A stretch of 64,000 nucleotides of DNA from positions 2,868,696 through 2,932,695 of the forward strand of contig MU061616.1 of NCBI GenBank assembly GCA_013265495.1, given 5' to 3'. The translations under genes and the position numbers were made by a program. The notes under the pieces are model-generated. The model saw only the letters and a list, made by a program, of their open reading frames with translations, did no database searches and had not been told where the DNA came from. This DNA is from Vicugna vicugna. Taxonomy: Eukaryota. Below are positions 23,960 to 35,242 of this stretch, one piece after another (positions within the stretch are counted from its first letter, which is position 1; every line of letters starts with the position of its first letter).

Positions 23960-25830
23960 GATGCCAAGATCTATAAATATGCATAGAAAAATTCTTAGGA
24001 ACCTATGAAAAGCTATTAAAATGAATAACTAATTTAGCAAAGTTAGAGGATCCAAGATTAATAGGTAAAAATCAATTGTATTTTTATACAGTAGCAATAA
24101 ACAATTGAAAATGGAATTTAAAAAACCCTTCCATTTATAATAGTATAAAATACTTAAGAATAAAGTTAATGAAAGAAATGCAAGACTTATACATTGGAAA
24201 CTTCAAAACATTGCTGAGAGAAATGAAAGAAAACCTAACAAACTGATATATAGATTCAACACAATCTCAATCGGAATCTCGACAGGCTTTTTGTAGAATT
24301 TGACAAGCTGGTTCTGAAATTTACACAGAAGAGCAAAGATATAGAATAGCAAAACCATTCTGAAAAAGAACAGTAGGTTGGAGAAATGACACTATCTGAT
24401 TTCAGAACTTCACTAGGAAGCTGCTGTAGCCAGGACATTGTGATCCTGGTCAGTGAACAGGCATATACATCAATGAGACGGGATAGAGAGTCCAGAAATG
24501 AATGCACAAATACATGGTCAATTGATTCTCAACAAGGTGATTCAAAGGAGGAAGGACAGCCTTTTCAACATATGCTGCTGGGCCGATCAGGCATTCACAT
24601 GTAAAAAACTGAACCTTGATTCCTACTTTGCATCATATAAAACATTTAACTTGGAATGGATCATACTACATGTATGTGCATATGTAGCATAAATGTATGC
24701 TAAATGTAAGCCTGCAACTACCGAACTTGTAGAAGAAAACAGGAGAAAATATTTATGAGCTGGAGTTGGGCAAAGATTTCTTTGCTAGGACACAAAAAGC
24801 ATGGAGCTGTAAAAGAAAAGAAATGATAAACTGATGTCCTCAAACTTCAAAATTTCTGTTCTTCAAAACACACTGAAAGAAAATGACAGAACAGGCATAA
24901 ACTATGAGACGATACCTGCAAAGTGCATAACCAGAGACTTGTATCCAGACTATACAGAGAACTCCCTAAATTCAACTGAGGAAAGAACCCAGTAAAAAAT
25001 GAAGTCACACTATTCTGTGTGATACTGTCACAGTGGATACATGTCATTAAACATTTGTCAAAACCTAAAGGTTATACAACACAGAGTGAACTTTAATGTA
25101 AACCGTGAACTTTGGATGATAGTGATGTATCAGTATAGGTTCATCACTTGTAACAAATGTACCACTTTGGTGCAAGTATTTTGATAGCAGAGGAAGCTGT
25201 GCGTGTGTGGAGGCAGAAGGTATATGAGAACTCTCTGTACTTACTGCCCAGTATTTCTGTGAATCTAAAATACGAAGTTTTTTTAAACTACAAACTGTTT
25301 GAACAGAATCATAAGAGAATAAATTCACATGGCAAATAAGCACATGAAATGGTATTCAGTATGATTAGTTATTAGGGAAGTACAAAGTAAAATACTACCA
25401 CACACCTCTTAGAGTGACTTTTGTTCAAAAGCTGGCGATACCAAGTGCTGACAAAGATGTGAAACTCACATATTGCTGTATTGCTGGTGGGAATGCAGAA
25501 TGACACAGCAGCTATAGAAAATGGGTTGGCGGTCTACTTACACGTAAATGTTCATAGCAGCAATATTTATAATGTCTCTAAACTAGAAATGGCCCAGAAG
25601 TTCATCAGCTGGTAAATGGGTAAATAAATTGTAGGTAAATAAATCCACATAATGCAGTATTATTCAGCAATTTAAAAAGAAGACATTGCTGATACAACAT
25701 GGATGAATCTCAAGAGCATCATGTTGAAAGTAGCCAGTCACAAAAGACCCAAATCACTGAACTATGCACTTAAAGTGAGTGAACTTTATTGTATGCAGTT
25801 GTACCTAAATAAAATTAAAAAAAAAAAAAA
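23960..25830 (+). mobile_element. L1M ORF2 3' part and 3'UTR, with a nested L1MC-type 3' end at about 25010-25310
   Basis: AAAATCAATTGTATTTTTATAC, CTATCTGATTTCAGAAC and CATATGCTGCTGG ORF2 hallmarks; many stops; ends in AATAAAATTAAAAAAAAAAAAAA. Confidence 0.8.
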
Positions 25831-26711
25831 GAAGTGTGGGTATCTGAGACTGAAGTCAGAAAGGCAGGAAGAGCAGGAGTTCTATTTTTCTGCTCTACCT
25901 TTAGTGCTTGTCCTTTCACTATGGATCGTCCAGAAATCCCCACTGCTCCATCTTCAAGCTGGTGGAAGTTCATAAGCAAATGGGTAGCAATTGACGTTTC
26001 CTACTGAGCTAGACTGAGTTTTATAGCAAAGGATGGAAGTTAATATTGGTCCAAAACTGACTCAAAGAAAAAGTGGCCAGAACCAGATGGGACTTTCTCA
26101 TCAACGGCACCCACTTTTTTAGCCAGTTATGGTGGTTGGGTTCATGAATGGTCCTTTGGCACACCCTTACGTGTAAGCATGTTACTCAGCATGTGTGTTG
26201 AGGATGAAGGGGTGGAGGAGCAGCCAGTGTGTGCACGATTGCCTTTTTAGGTGAGATGTTACTTTGTTGGATGCACTCCTCAGGGTGTTTGATAGTCCTG
26301 GCCCCTGGGCGCCAAATGCCTACGGCACTTCCAGTCATGGAGTCACTACAACCATGGCTGCACATTGTCAAGTGCCTCAGGGGTTGTGGGGGAAGGTGTA
26401 ACCAGCTGGGCAAATAATGCTGTTCTATGGTTTAGGATCAAGAGTGCAGAAGTTGGAGTGAGAGAACCTGTATTCAAATGTCCCTGCCTCTTACTAGCTT
26501 TGCAGTCTGTTCAGTGTAGCCCAGCCCATTGAGTGTGGGTTTCCTCTTCTGAGCAGTGGGATGGTTGGCCTCGATGTCCTCTCTCATGGTTCCTGACTCT
26601 GCAGTTGAGTGTAGGGCAGCTCAGGACTTCTGTCACCGACAGGAATCTGCTATATTTGATACTGCTTCAGAGAAACAAATGTTTACATGGCTCAATTTTG
26701 TCATGTTACAG

Positions 26712-26870
26712 GTTCAGCTTGTTGGTTTAGATGAAGAGAGTTCGGAGTTTATTTGCCGAAACACCTTTGACCATCCGTACCCCACCACAAAGCTCATGTG
26801 GATCCCTGACACAAAAGGCGTCTATCCAGACCTGCTGGCGACAAGTGGCGACTATCTCCGTGTGTGGAGG
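26712..26870 (+). CDS. DCAF7: DCAF7 exon 2
   Basis: acag|GTT; VQLVGLDEESSEFICRNTFDHPYPTTKLMWIPDTKGVYPDLLATSGDYLRVWR; donor GTAAGC; 159 nt. Confidence 0.97.
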
Positions 26871-27181
26871 GTAAGCAGTGCTTGATGGGCAGCCAGACCA
26901 ACGAGCTTTCTCCGTGTTTGCTGTTGTTAGCAGCGTGGCGTCACGGAGGACAGACTGGGGTAGGAGGCAGTATCCTTGCAGCCCTGGAGAAACAAGTGGT
27001 AGTGGATCTGGGCTGTTTGGCTCAGCAGATTTCCTAGTAAATCTCGCCAGGATTCCTTAAGCCCTGCTGCTGGCTGCAGTCAGCCGTGGACACTCAAGTC
27101 TCAGTTAAAGTGATGTATGGACAATAGACTTCTGTGGGGGTGGGGATACTAGAGGCCTCTTACTCTATTTATAGCCAGGAC

Positions 27182-27645
27182 TTTTTTTTTTTTAATTGAA
27201 GTTTAGTCAGTTTTCAATGTTGTGTCAGTTTCTGATGTACAGCATAATAGTTCAGTCATACATATACATACATGTATTCGTTTTCAGATTCTTTTTCATT
27301 TATCAGTTACTACAAGATATTGAATATAGTTCCCTGTGCTGTACAGTAGGACCTTATTGTTTATCTGTTTTATGTATAGTAGTTAGCATCTATATATCTT
27401 GAACTCCCAATTTATCCCTTCCCACCCCTTTCCCCCCTTCCCTCCCCTGGTAACCATAAGTTTGTTATCTATGTCTATGAGTCTGTTTCCATTTTATAAA
27501 TAAATTCATTTGTCTTTTTTTTAGATTCCACATATAAGTGATATCATATGACATTTTTCTTTCTCTTTCTGGTTTCACTTAGAGTGACAATCTCCAGGTT
27601 CATACATGTTGCTGCAAGTAGCATTATTGTATTATTTTTTTATGT
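27182..27645 (-). mobile_element. Artiodactyl-type L1 3' end (5'-truncated), antisense in DCAF7 intron 2
   Basis: Poly(T) head, TTAATTGAAGT...ACAAGATATTGAATATAGTTCCCTGTGCT; short TSD GCCAGGA at 27174 and 27649. Confidence 0.85.
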
Positions 27646-28066
27646 ACGGCCAGGATATTTTTGAGTAAATTAAACAAAATACTGACCCTAGTAAAGTGTG
27701 GGAGTGGATCATGGAGCTTCACCTCCCCTCTCAGCTGAGCTCATCACCTGCGGCATCTCCTGTAGCCTGGAGTTGGGTGCCCAGCCTGCAGGAGACAAAG
27801 ACTCTGGTTTGGGTAAGGTGAGAAGATTTGGGGATGAAAAGGATCATCTAGAAGGATTTGAGGGTGAAAATTTGGAAAACAAAACTGAGCAGAGGAGAAA
27901 GCTTAGAAAGAAGTAGCATTCAATTAGTTCCTCAGGGTTTTATTAAAACTATGATGAAAAGTCCCCATGGCTTAAATTTACTAAGATATTGTCTAAAAAA
28001 GACTTGAAAGATTTTTTTGTGTGGATAAGACTGACGGATTAAAAAAAATAATCATTGTTCCTTCAG

Positions 28067-28178
28067 GTTGGCGAAACAGAGACCAGGCTGGAATGTTTGC
28101 TAAACAATAATAAGAACTCGGATTTCTGTGCGCCTCTGACCTCCTTTGACTGGAATGAGGTGGATCCTTATCTTTTAG
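28067..28178 (+). CDS. DCAF7: DCAF7 exon 3
   Basis: tcag|GTT; VGETETRLECLLNNNKNSDFCAPLTSFDWNEVDPYLL(G); donor GTAAAG; 112 nt. Confidence 0.97.
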
Positions 28179-28577
28179 GTAAAGGCATGAGGGAGTGTGT
28201 ATTCCATTTTAAAGAAGTAGAGAAACATTTTTCTCAGATATAACACTGGGCCAGTTTTCAACCAGGGGCCCAGGTCATGCAGCATCCTAAAATGGGGCCA
28301 AGTGGGAAAGAGGCTAAATATGGAATGTGGTTATCAATTCCTTATATAGAATCGAGCTTCCCTTACGCGGATACCTTGTCTCTCCAGTCAGAGTCTAAGG
28401 CCCTGGGGTACAGATTGAACACTTGACTCTTTGGGGCTCTCCTGGTACCCTCCCTGTACTCAGGAAGTATCTGCGGCATATTGTCTCCTGGGCGGAACAG
28501 ATGAATAGGCACAAGGAAGGAAGCCTGCATGGGAACCTCACTCCTGTCAGCCACTGACTTGCACTGGTTGTTTCCAG

Positions 28578-28696
28578 GTACCTCCAGCATTGACACGACC
28601 TGTACCATCTGGGGGCTGGAGACAGGGCAGGTATTGGGGCGAGTGAATCTCGTGTCTGGCCATGTGAAGACCCAGCTGATCGCCCATGACAAAGAG
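28578..28696 (+). CDS. DCAF7: DCAF7 exon 4
   Basis: ccag|GT ACC; TSSIDTTCTIWGLETGQVLGRVNLVSGHVKTQLIAHDKE; donor GTAAGG; 119 nt. Confidence 0.97.
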
Positions 28697-29669
28697 GTAA
28701 GGGTGCTGTTCCACAGCTGCTTTCTCTGCCTTCCCTGTGAGGTCAGACTGTTCTCTCACTGTTCTGCAAATGATGTGGAAAATCATAACATAATGCTGAC
28801 GTCTTCTTGGCTAAATTGAAAGTAGTAATGTGTCAAAACAGTGGAAAACAACACTGTTGTAAATGAGTGCATTTTTTGAGCTGATATAAACAACGTATTC
28901 TACAGTCTATTTTTTTCTTTTTGTGCCAGAGATTGCGGTTTTTTAATAACGAAATCTCTTATAGACAAAATTGGACCTGATGTGATTAAAAAATAATCTT
29001 ACACTTGTCTCAAATTTTTTTTTTTTTTTCGAAAACAGGGTGTCAGGAAGAGGGAAAACTTCCTGGCAGACAAACCTGATTCATCATTTTATCTCTAAAC
29101 TTGTTTTATGAAATTCTAGTATGTTCTCTTAATACTTACACTTTTAGTACTCTTTGGAGTTGAATGTGGTTTATTTTGATAGTGATGTTTCTTCTATGTT
29201 TATTGGACAAGCCGAGGGGAACTATTTGTAATTATCTTAATCAAAGCATTCTTCTGAGTGATTTTGGAAAATGATCACAAATCTTTAACTTCTAGAACAT
29301 GCTGGTACTCTACCAGCAAAATTACAGGAAATTTCCTACAGAGAGTGTTTCTTTTTCTACCTCACCCTGCATAGCGAGGAGTATTAATGTCTGTACAGAT
29401 TCGTTGACCTTAGGTCAGAAACTTGAGGGTGTCCACAGAATGGGAGGTTGGTAACCAGGTTATCATTCTTAGTACGTGGTTGTTCTTTGGCTTTCTGTGC
29501 TCCCGACGGTAAGGTCTGTTACTAGTCTGCTGAACTTGGCTGCTGTAAACCAAGGGGCAAAGGAAGAGTTTGCCCTGCAGAGAAGACCAGTAAGAAAGCT
29601 CTGGAAACCCTCTTGGCATCGAGTGGAACAGGTTGCTACATTTTAGTTATGTGACAACTTAGCCTGCTG

Positions 29670-30270
29670 TTCTGTCAGGGTCCAACCCAGAAAACTAGAG
29701 CTACTCTGAATATTTAAACTGAGGGGATTTAATACAGGAGATTGCTCACAGATGATGGTAGAGTGAGAAGCCACACCATGAGGCAACAGTGAGGTGATCC
29801 AGAGAGCAGGAGCAGCAGGAACCTGCCACTGCTGGAAGGCCAGAGGGGCCAATGGAGGAGGCAGGGTTCCTGGAGCCCAGGGGCTGGGATTACTTGGCAA
29901 AAGCTAGAGCCATGGAGGGGGCACAGCCATTGCCAGAGAAGCTTCCAGAAACAGAGAGAGGAGAAATCCCTTAGCTTCTCCCTACCAGAGGGAAGGGCCA
30001 GGAATGGATGTTAACAGCAAACAGGCCCTGGACCAACACCCTGGCCTTGAAGGAATGAGCCTAAGGATGGTCGCCCTGAGAGAAACAGTGGGACCTCCTG
30101 GCACTTTTGATTTTTTCCAGCCACCTCTTTCTGTCAAAGTAAAGACTTGGTCAGGGGCTCCTGTTGCTGCCTGGTGGGTTGGTGCAGAAGAGGGCAGCAT
30201 ATATCTGGGAGTTGTCACCCTCCCTTGGCTTGTGAGGAAATACACAAGTGGCGCACAGAGGAAGGAGCAG
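29670..30270. mobile_element. ERVL/MaLR-type solo LTR fossil
   Basis: GTCAGGGTCCAACCCAG...GGGGATTTAATACAGGAGATTG start typical of antisense LTR16/33-class LTRs; family uncertain. Confidence 0.45.
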
Positions 30271-31585
30271 CAAAGCTGAGAGAGCTTTACACACTCGGCC
30301 ATGTTGCCTGTGGACTCATTATGGCTTAGTGATGCTGCCGTGGTGCCCCGTTCCTGGGAGTTACTGAGAGCCAGCCCCTGGGGTGCACATACTGATAGAC
30401 ACGCCCCAGCCCTCATGTAGCTGGTCAGTGCTGGACAGGGCCTTGGTCTGTCAGGCCTCCTTGTGATGACCGGCCCAAGTCCCCTCTGAACTACTCCTAA
30501 TTCCTACTGTAGAAAGAGAAGTGTGATTCCCTCATACTGAGCCAGAGGAAAAGGAATTTATGAGGCTGAGTAGAAACAGATGCTTGCTTGTCAGGGTCCC
30601 TTAGTAGATGGAACCTCAAGAAGGCTGGAGCCACGGTTTGAGTGAGAGGTTCCACTCATGTCTTGCTGGAAGTCAGCTGTTTTGTCCTTGACCCCAGAAG
30701 ATGGATTTTGTTTGGCATTTTGTTTTTCTTTTTCAGTTTCTCTCTGTCTCCCTGTGTCTGGCTCTGGCTTTGTCTGTCTCTCCTCGTCCCTTTCTCTGAA
30801 GCTCCCTGCCTCTGCTTTCTCATAGATGTTAGTGGTGTGCAATGTTTGCAGCAAGTAATAAATGCAGAAAACTGTGATTCAAAACCTAAATTGACTCACT
30901 AATGAACACAAACCAACCAGGAGAAGTAATAGCATGTCCTAGGACGAGAGAGCGATTATTAAAACCTCTTTGTAAATGTAGGAACACCTGAGCCTCCTGT
31001 GATTCAGAACTGCGGCTACCTGTTTCTTGCAAGAGTCTCAGGTCCAGATTTTACCGCACAACCAGCTTGTCTGCTATTAAGTGGCCACAGGAGGGCGGCC
31101 TCCACCTATCAAATCGATGATCTTGGCCTTGATGTGGTCATGGATCTGCCTCTGATTGCACACAAATGAAAGCCACCAAGGCCCAGGAGATAACCAACTT
31201 GATCTCTGACAGGGTGGTGGGAAACAGCCACTGGCTCTGGCTTCGCTGGGCCTGTCCAAGCGTACAGAACACGTGCTCAGAGTCACTGTGCTCTGCTGGT
31301 CAGCAGGGTGTGTGCTCTTCCATCATGGGGGCTGGAAGAAGACTTGGAACACAGGAATATGAGAAGCAGCCAGCCAATTTCCATAGCAGAGTGACCTTCA
31401 CTCTTTGGAAAGTCATTGATGTTAGCGCTCTCAGGCTCTAGTCTTCACAGGCGCTGTTTGGCTTTATTTACCTCCTTCTGTGTCATGAGCGGGGATTTAG
31501 ATGCACTGGGGATGGCAGATTTCCCTGCTACAGGAAAGGGCAGTGATGGATCTAAATCTGACTAAAGCTTCTTATTCACCAACAG

Positions 31586-31795
31586 GTCTATGATATTGCG
31601 TTTAGCCGGGCTGGGGGTGGCAGGGACATGTTTGCCTCTGTGGGTGCCGATGGCTCGGTACGGATGTTTNNNNNNNNNNNNNNNNNNNNNNNNNNNNNNN
31701 NNNNNNNNNNNNNNNNNNNNNNNNNNNNNNNNNNNNNNNNNNNNNNNNNNNNNNNNNNNNNNNNNNNNNNNNNNNNNNNNNNNNNNNNNNNNNNN
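31586..31795 (+). CDS. DCAF7: DCAF7 exon 5 (3' part hidden by N-run 31670-31809; end inferred)
   Basis: acag|GTC; VYDIAFSRAGGGRDMFASVGADGSVRMF then N; the end assumes the 70-codon orthologous exon, which fits inside the gap. Confidence 0.88.
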
Positions 31796-31860
31796 NNNNN
31801 NNNNNNNNNTGAACAGAGACTCTGCCGCTCAGCTCCGGCACTGCTTAGTGCATCTGGAAG

Positions 31861-32075
31861 ACTGGTTCTCAGTGGGGGGGCCGTTTTCTCCCCAGAGGAT
31901 TTTTGGAAATATCTGGAGATATTTCCAGCGGGGAAGGGGAAGTGGGCAGTGCTACTGGTATCTGGTGGGTGGAGGCCAGGGATGCTCCTACACATCCTTG
32001 GTGCTTAGGACCACTCCCCACAACACAGAATTATCCAACCCAAGGTGTCAATGGTGCTGAAATTGAAATAACCTG
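31861..32075 (+). mobile_element. MER20 hAT-Charlie MITE
   Basis: TGGTTCTCA...GGTGGAGGCCAGGGATGCT...ACAACACAGAATTATCC...TGTCAATGGTGCTGA. Confidence 0.85.
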
Positions 32076-32733
32076 ATCTAGAACAAGGACTGTGTGTTTA
32101 AGAACTTTTAATACTTGGAGAGTTGGAGTCAGAGCCAAGAAAAGCAGTATCTAAAAAGTAAACCAAATCATACATGCTTCTGTTGCTGAGTAAAGAAACA
32201 GGCAGTTTACCCCGCTGTAGTCTGAATAGATTCTTCCAGCTTTAATGAACAGACATGGAAATGGCAACTCTCTGAAGCCTGTTACTTGATGAAAGTGGTA
32301 AATTGTGGATGGAGATGATGTAGTGATTAATTTTATTTTGATGAAACCAGTACCTCAGGCTGCTTACATTTCAAATTCTGCTTTGGGGATCGGGGGAGAG
32401 GGCTCTCATCCTGCGCAGCTCAGCGTGCAAAGAATTCTTAGCACAGGCATCTAATGGGGCTTGGTGAATTATACAAAATTGTTTTACCCATTCCCGCTTT
32501 TCCCCTTCTTTATCAGCCTAAAGGTCCTATGTTGCTCATGACATAGACTATAAACTACCTAGGTCTGTGTTTTCTTTTTCCTCAATCCTGTAGATACTTT
32601 TGGGACCGAGACCCTCTTTCTCTTAAGAATCTTTAAATCTACAAATTAACAAGTTATACTTAAATTTTTTTTCTTATGTTTTCTTTCTATCATACCCTGA
32701 AGTTTCTGGGCCTTTTTCTTGTTATTTCCTCAG

Positions 32734-32851
32734 GTAGTGATTCTGGACGTCCGAGTTCCCTGCACACCTGTCGCCAGGTTAAACAACCACCGAGCATGTG
32801 TCAACGGCATTGCTTGGGCCCCACATTCATCGTGTCATATCTGTACTGCAG
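32734..32851 (+). CDS. DCAF7: DCAF7 exon 6
   Basis: tcag|GTA; VVILDVRVPCTPVARLNNHRACVNGIAWAPHSSCHICTA(A); donor GTAATT; 118 nt. Confidence 0.96.
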
Positions 32852-34819
32852 GTAATTGCTGGTGGGGGAGTAATGGAGGGGAGAGGTAAGATCTATCTCC
32901 TCTTGTCTCTTTAGAATTCTAATCCTTACTCTGTTCCAAGGATAGTTTGAGAGATTTACACAAATAACTCCATTGAGAGCCTCCCTACACTTGCAAAATT
33001 GAAGCAGTCCAGATTTCCAGATGATCTTGTAACCTTCAGTGGTATCAGGGCATCTGTATACTCTTTACATTGTGTATCAGTTGCAGGCTTGTGCTGCATA
33101 CTGTGCGGCTCTGAAATCTAGATTGGCACAGAGAACTCATCCAAGCATATGGAGAAGCAGGCAGTCTCTCTTGGATGTAACTGAGTCTTTGGGACTGTCC
33201 CCTGGGAGATGTCAAAAGCACATACCCCTTGCACTGAGCTCTGGGTGCGTTGAAGGGCGCTGCATAGCCTGGCCTGGTTAGTGGTGTGTGACTTGTTCCC
33301 ATTTCTCCATTTGTCAGACCAAGAAGAGTACCCCTTAAAAATATGCTGGCCATCTAGGAACGTCTGTTATTAAAAATTAGCATAATACAGAGCTGTATAA
33401 GACAGGAAGGTCTTCGTCTTCTCCTTCCTTTCCCATTTCCACCTCAGTCCCAGTCTGCGTAGGTGACTCTAACAATAGCTTGTGTGTCTCCTTCCATGCC
33501 TTCTTAGGTGGATCCATGCGTACACATCCCTCCTGTATGAACACTTATCCCCTGATTCTACACAGACAGGATTCCACTCTGCTCCTTATTTTTTTCAGTG
33601 CCTTGGGTTTCCTTCTAACATACTTTTCCTCTCCTCACTAATCAGTAGCATCTTCATTTCCTTGTTCATTATGGAGCCAAAGGAGCAATGTAGTTTGGTG
33701 GTGTTCTGCCATCTTAGCATTCATTTGAAAGGCATGAAGCTTTTCCTGTTTGGGGCCCTCTGCTCATGCCTATCTGCCTCATTGAGGAGCAGTTAGAGGC
33801 CCGCTGCCTCCCTCTGTACCTCAGGTTGTAGCCTGACTTCTTCACTGTGGCCCTTTTTCCCAGGGGTGCAGGTCGGCAAGGTGGGAGGGGGAAACAGAGG
33901 GAAAGGAGGGCGTGCTGGCCCACCCTGCAGAAGCCCATCTGCAGCTTCCGGCGGCTGCCTCTGCTGGACCCGCTGCTGTTGTGTGCACTGCACCTGCCCC
34001 GAGTCCTGCCAGCTGAAGGAGCTGTTGCTGAAGAGCATGCTCGGTTGAGCTCGTTGAGGAAGAGGGACTTCGAGCTTTAGAAGTGCTGGGTGTTCAAAAC
34101 AAGCCCCCAGACCTCCTGACGCGGGTTGTCCCCTGGAGAGCACCTCACACCCTTGCCCAGGTTATGAGGCCATGGGAGGAGGCCTGTTAGGGTTTAGTTC
34201 ATTCGGACCCCTATGTATCAGAGATGGGCTTTCACATCAGGTTGGCTGGTGGGACTAGAGGGCACGGTGGTATTGAAGGTCACTGCCTTTTTCTTTCTCT
34301 TAAATTAAGAACTCCTTATTTTGATCATGAAAGTAATATGACCACCACATACAGGTCACTCAGGAACTAGAAAGAAGTAAACGTAACTCATAACCTGGTC
34401 GCCCTGCCAGTGCCACTGTTCTCACGTTGACAGGTTTCCTTCCAGACACTTTTCACGTGCTTACATATACTTTTAGGGTGATTACCCTCTTTCTGGTGTT
34501 CCCCAGGGCCCTTTTCTTGGGCACACGTCCACACGGCACTTACCTCATTATCTGTGTAACATGTCGTTGATGTATAAGTAAAACGGGGTGGGGATCCCAT
34601 TAAGTAACTGAATCATCAGAGAGAGACCTTTAATCACTGAAGTACTTTGAGTGGCTGAAAATGACACGTTTGGGGTCATTTTTATCCCATCCCGTCTTCT
34701 TTTCCTGATGCCCGCCCCGGATGAGAGGTGCCCATCTAAGTCCCTTCTGCCGAGCTCGCTCTGCTGCAGTGAATGGAGCCCTGAGAGTCAGAGGCCATGC
34801 TTTGCGTCCCGACTCTGCC

Positions 34820-34950
34820 GCTCACAGATCACATAGATCTGTGGTTTGGGGCAGGCGCTTCAACATTTCTGCATCTCAGTTTCCTCATCTATAAAATGGG
34901 GGCTTAAAATAAAACCTCCCTCACTGGGGTTTTGGTGAACAGATGCTTTG
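34820..34950 (+). mobile_element. MIR SINE
   Basis: CTCAGTTTCCTCATCTATAAAATGGGG core. Confidence 0.7.
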
Positions 34951-35069
34951 TATACTGTGACACACACACACATACGCCAACCCCCCCAACCCACTCATCC
35001 AAAAATGCAGGGCTCAGTATCCTCACTGCCTGAGTCGTGAGCTTACTTGCTGGCTTTTCGTGTCCCTAG

Positions 35070-35242
35070 CGGATGATCATCAGGCTCTCATCTGGGATAT
35101 CCAGCAAATGCCCCGGGCCATCGAGGACCCTATCCTGGCCTACACAGCCGAGGGAGAGATCAACAACGTGCAGTGGGCGTCTACCCAGCCTGACTGGATT
35201 GCCATCTGCTACAACAACTGCTTGGAGATACTCAGAGTGTAG
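35070..35242 (+). CDS. DCAF7: DCAF7 exon 7 (terminal coding exon)
   Basis: ctag|CG GAT; [56 protein letters not shown]; with the two inferred exon ends the CDS totals 1029 nt = 342 aa. Confidence 0.97.
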
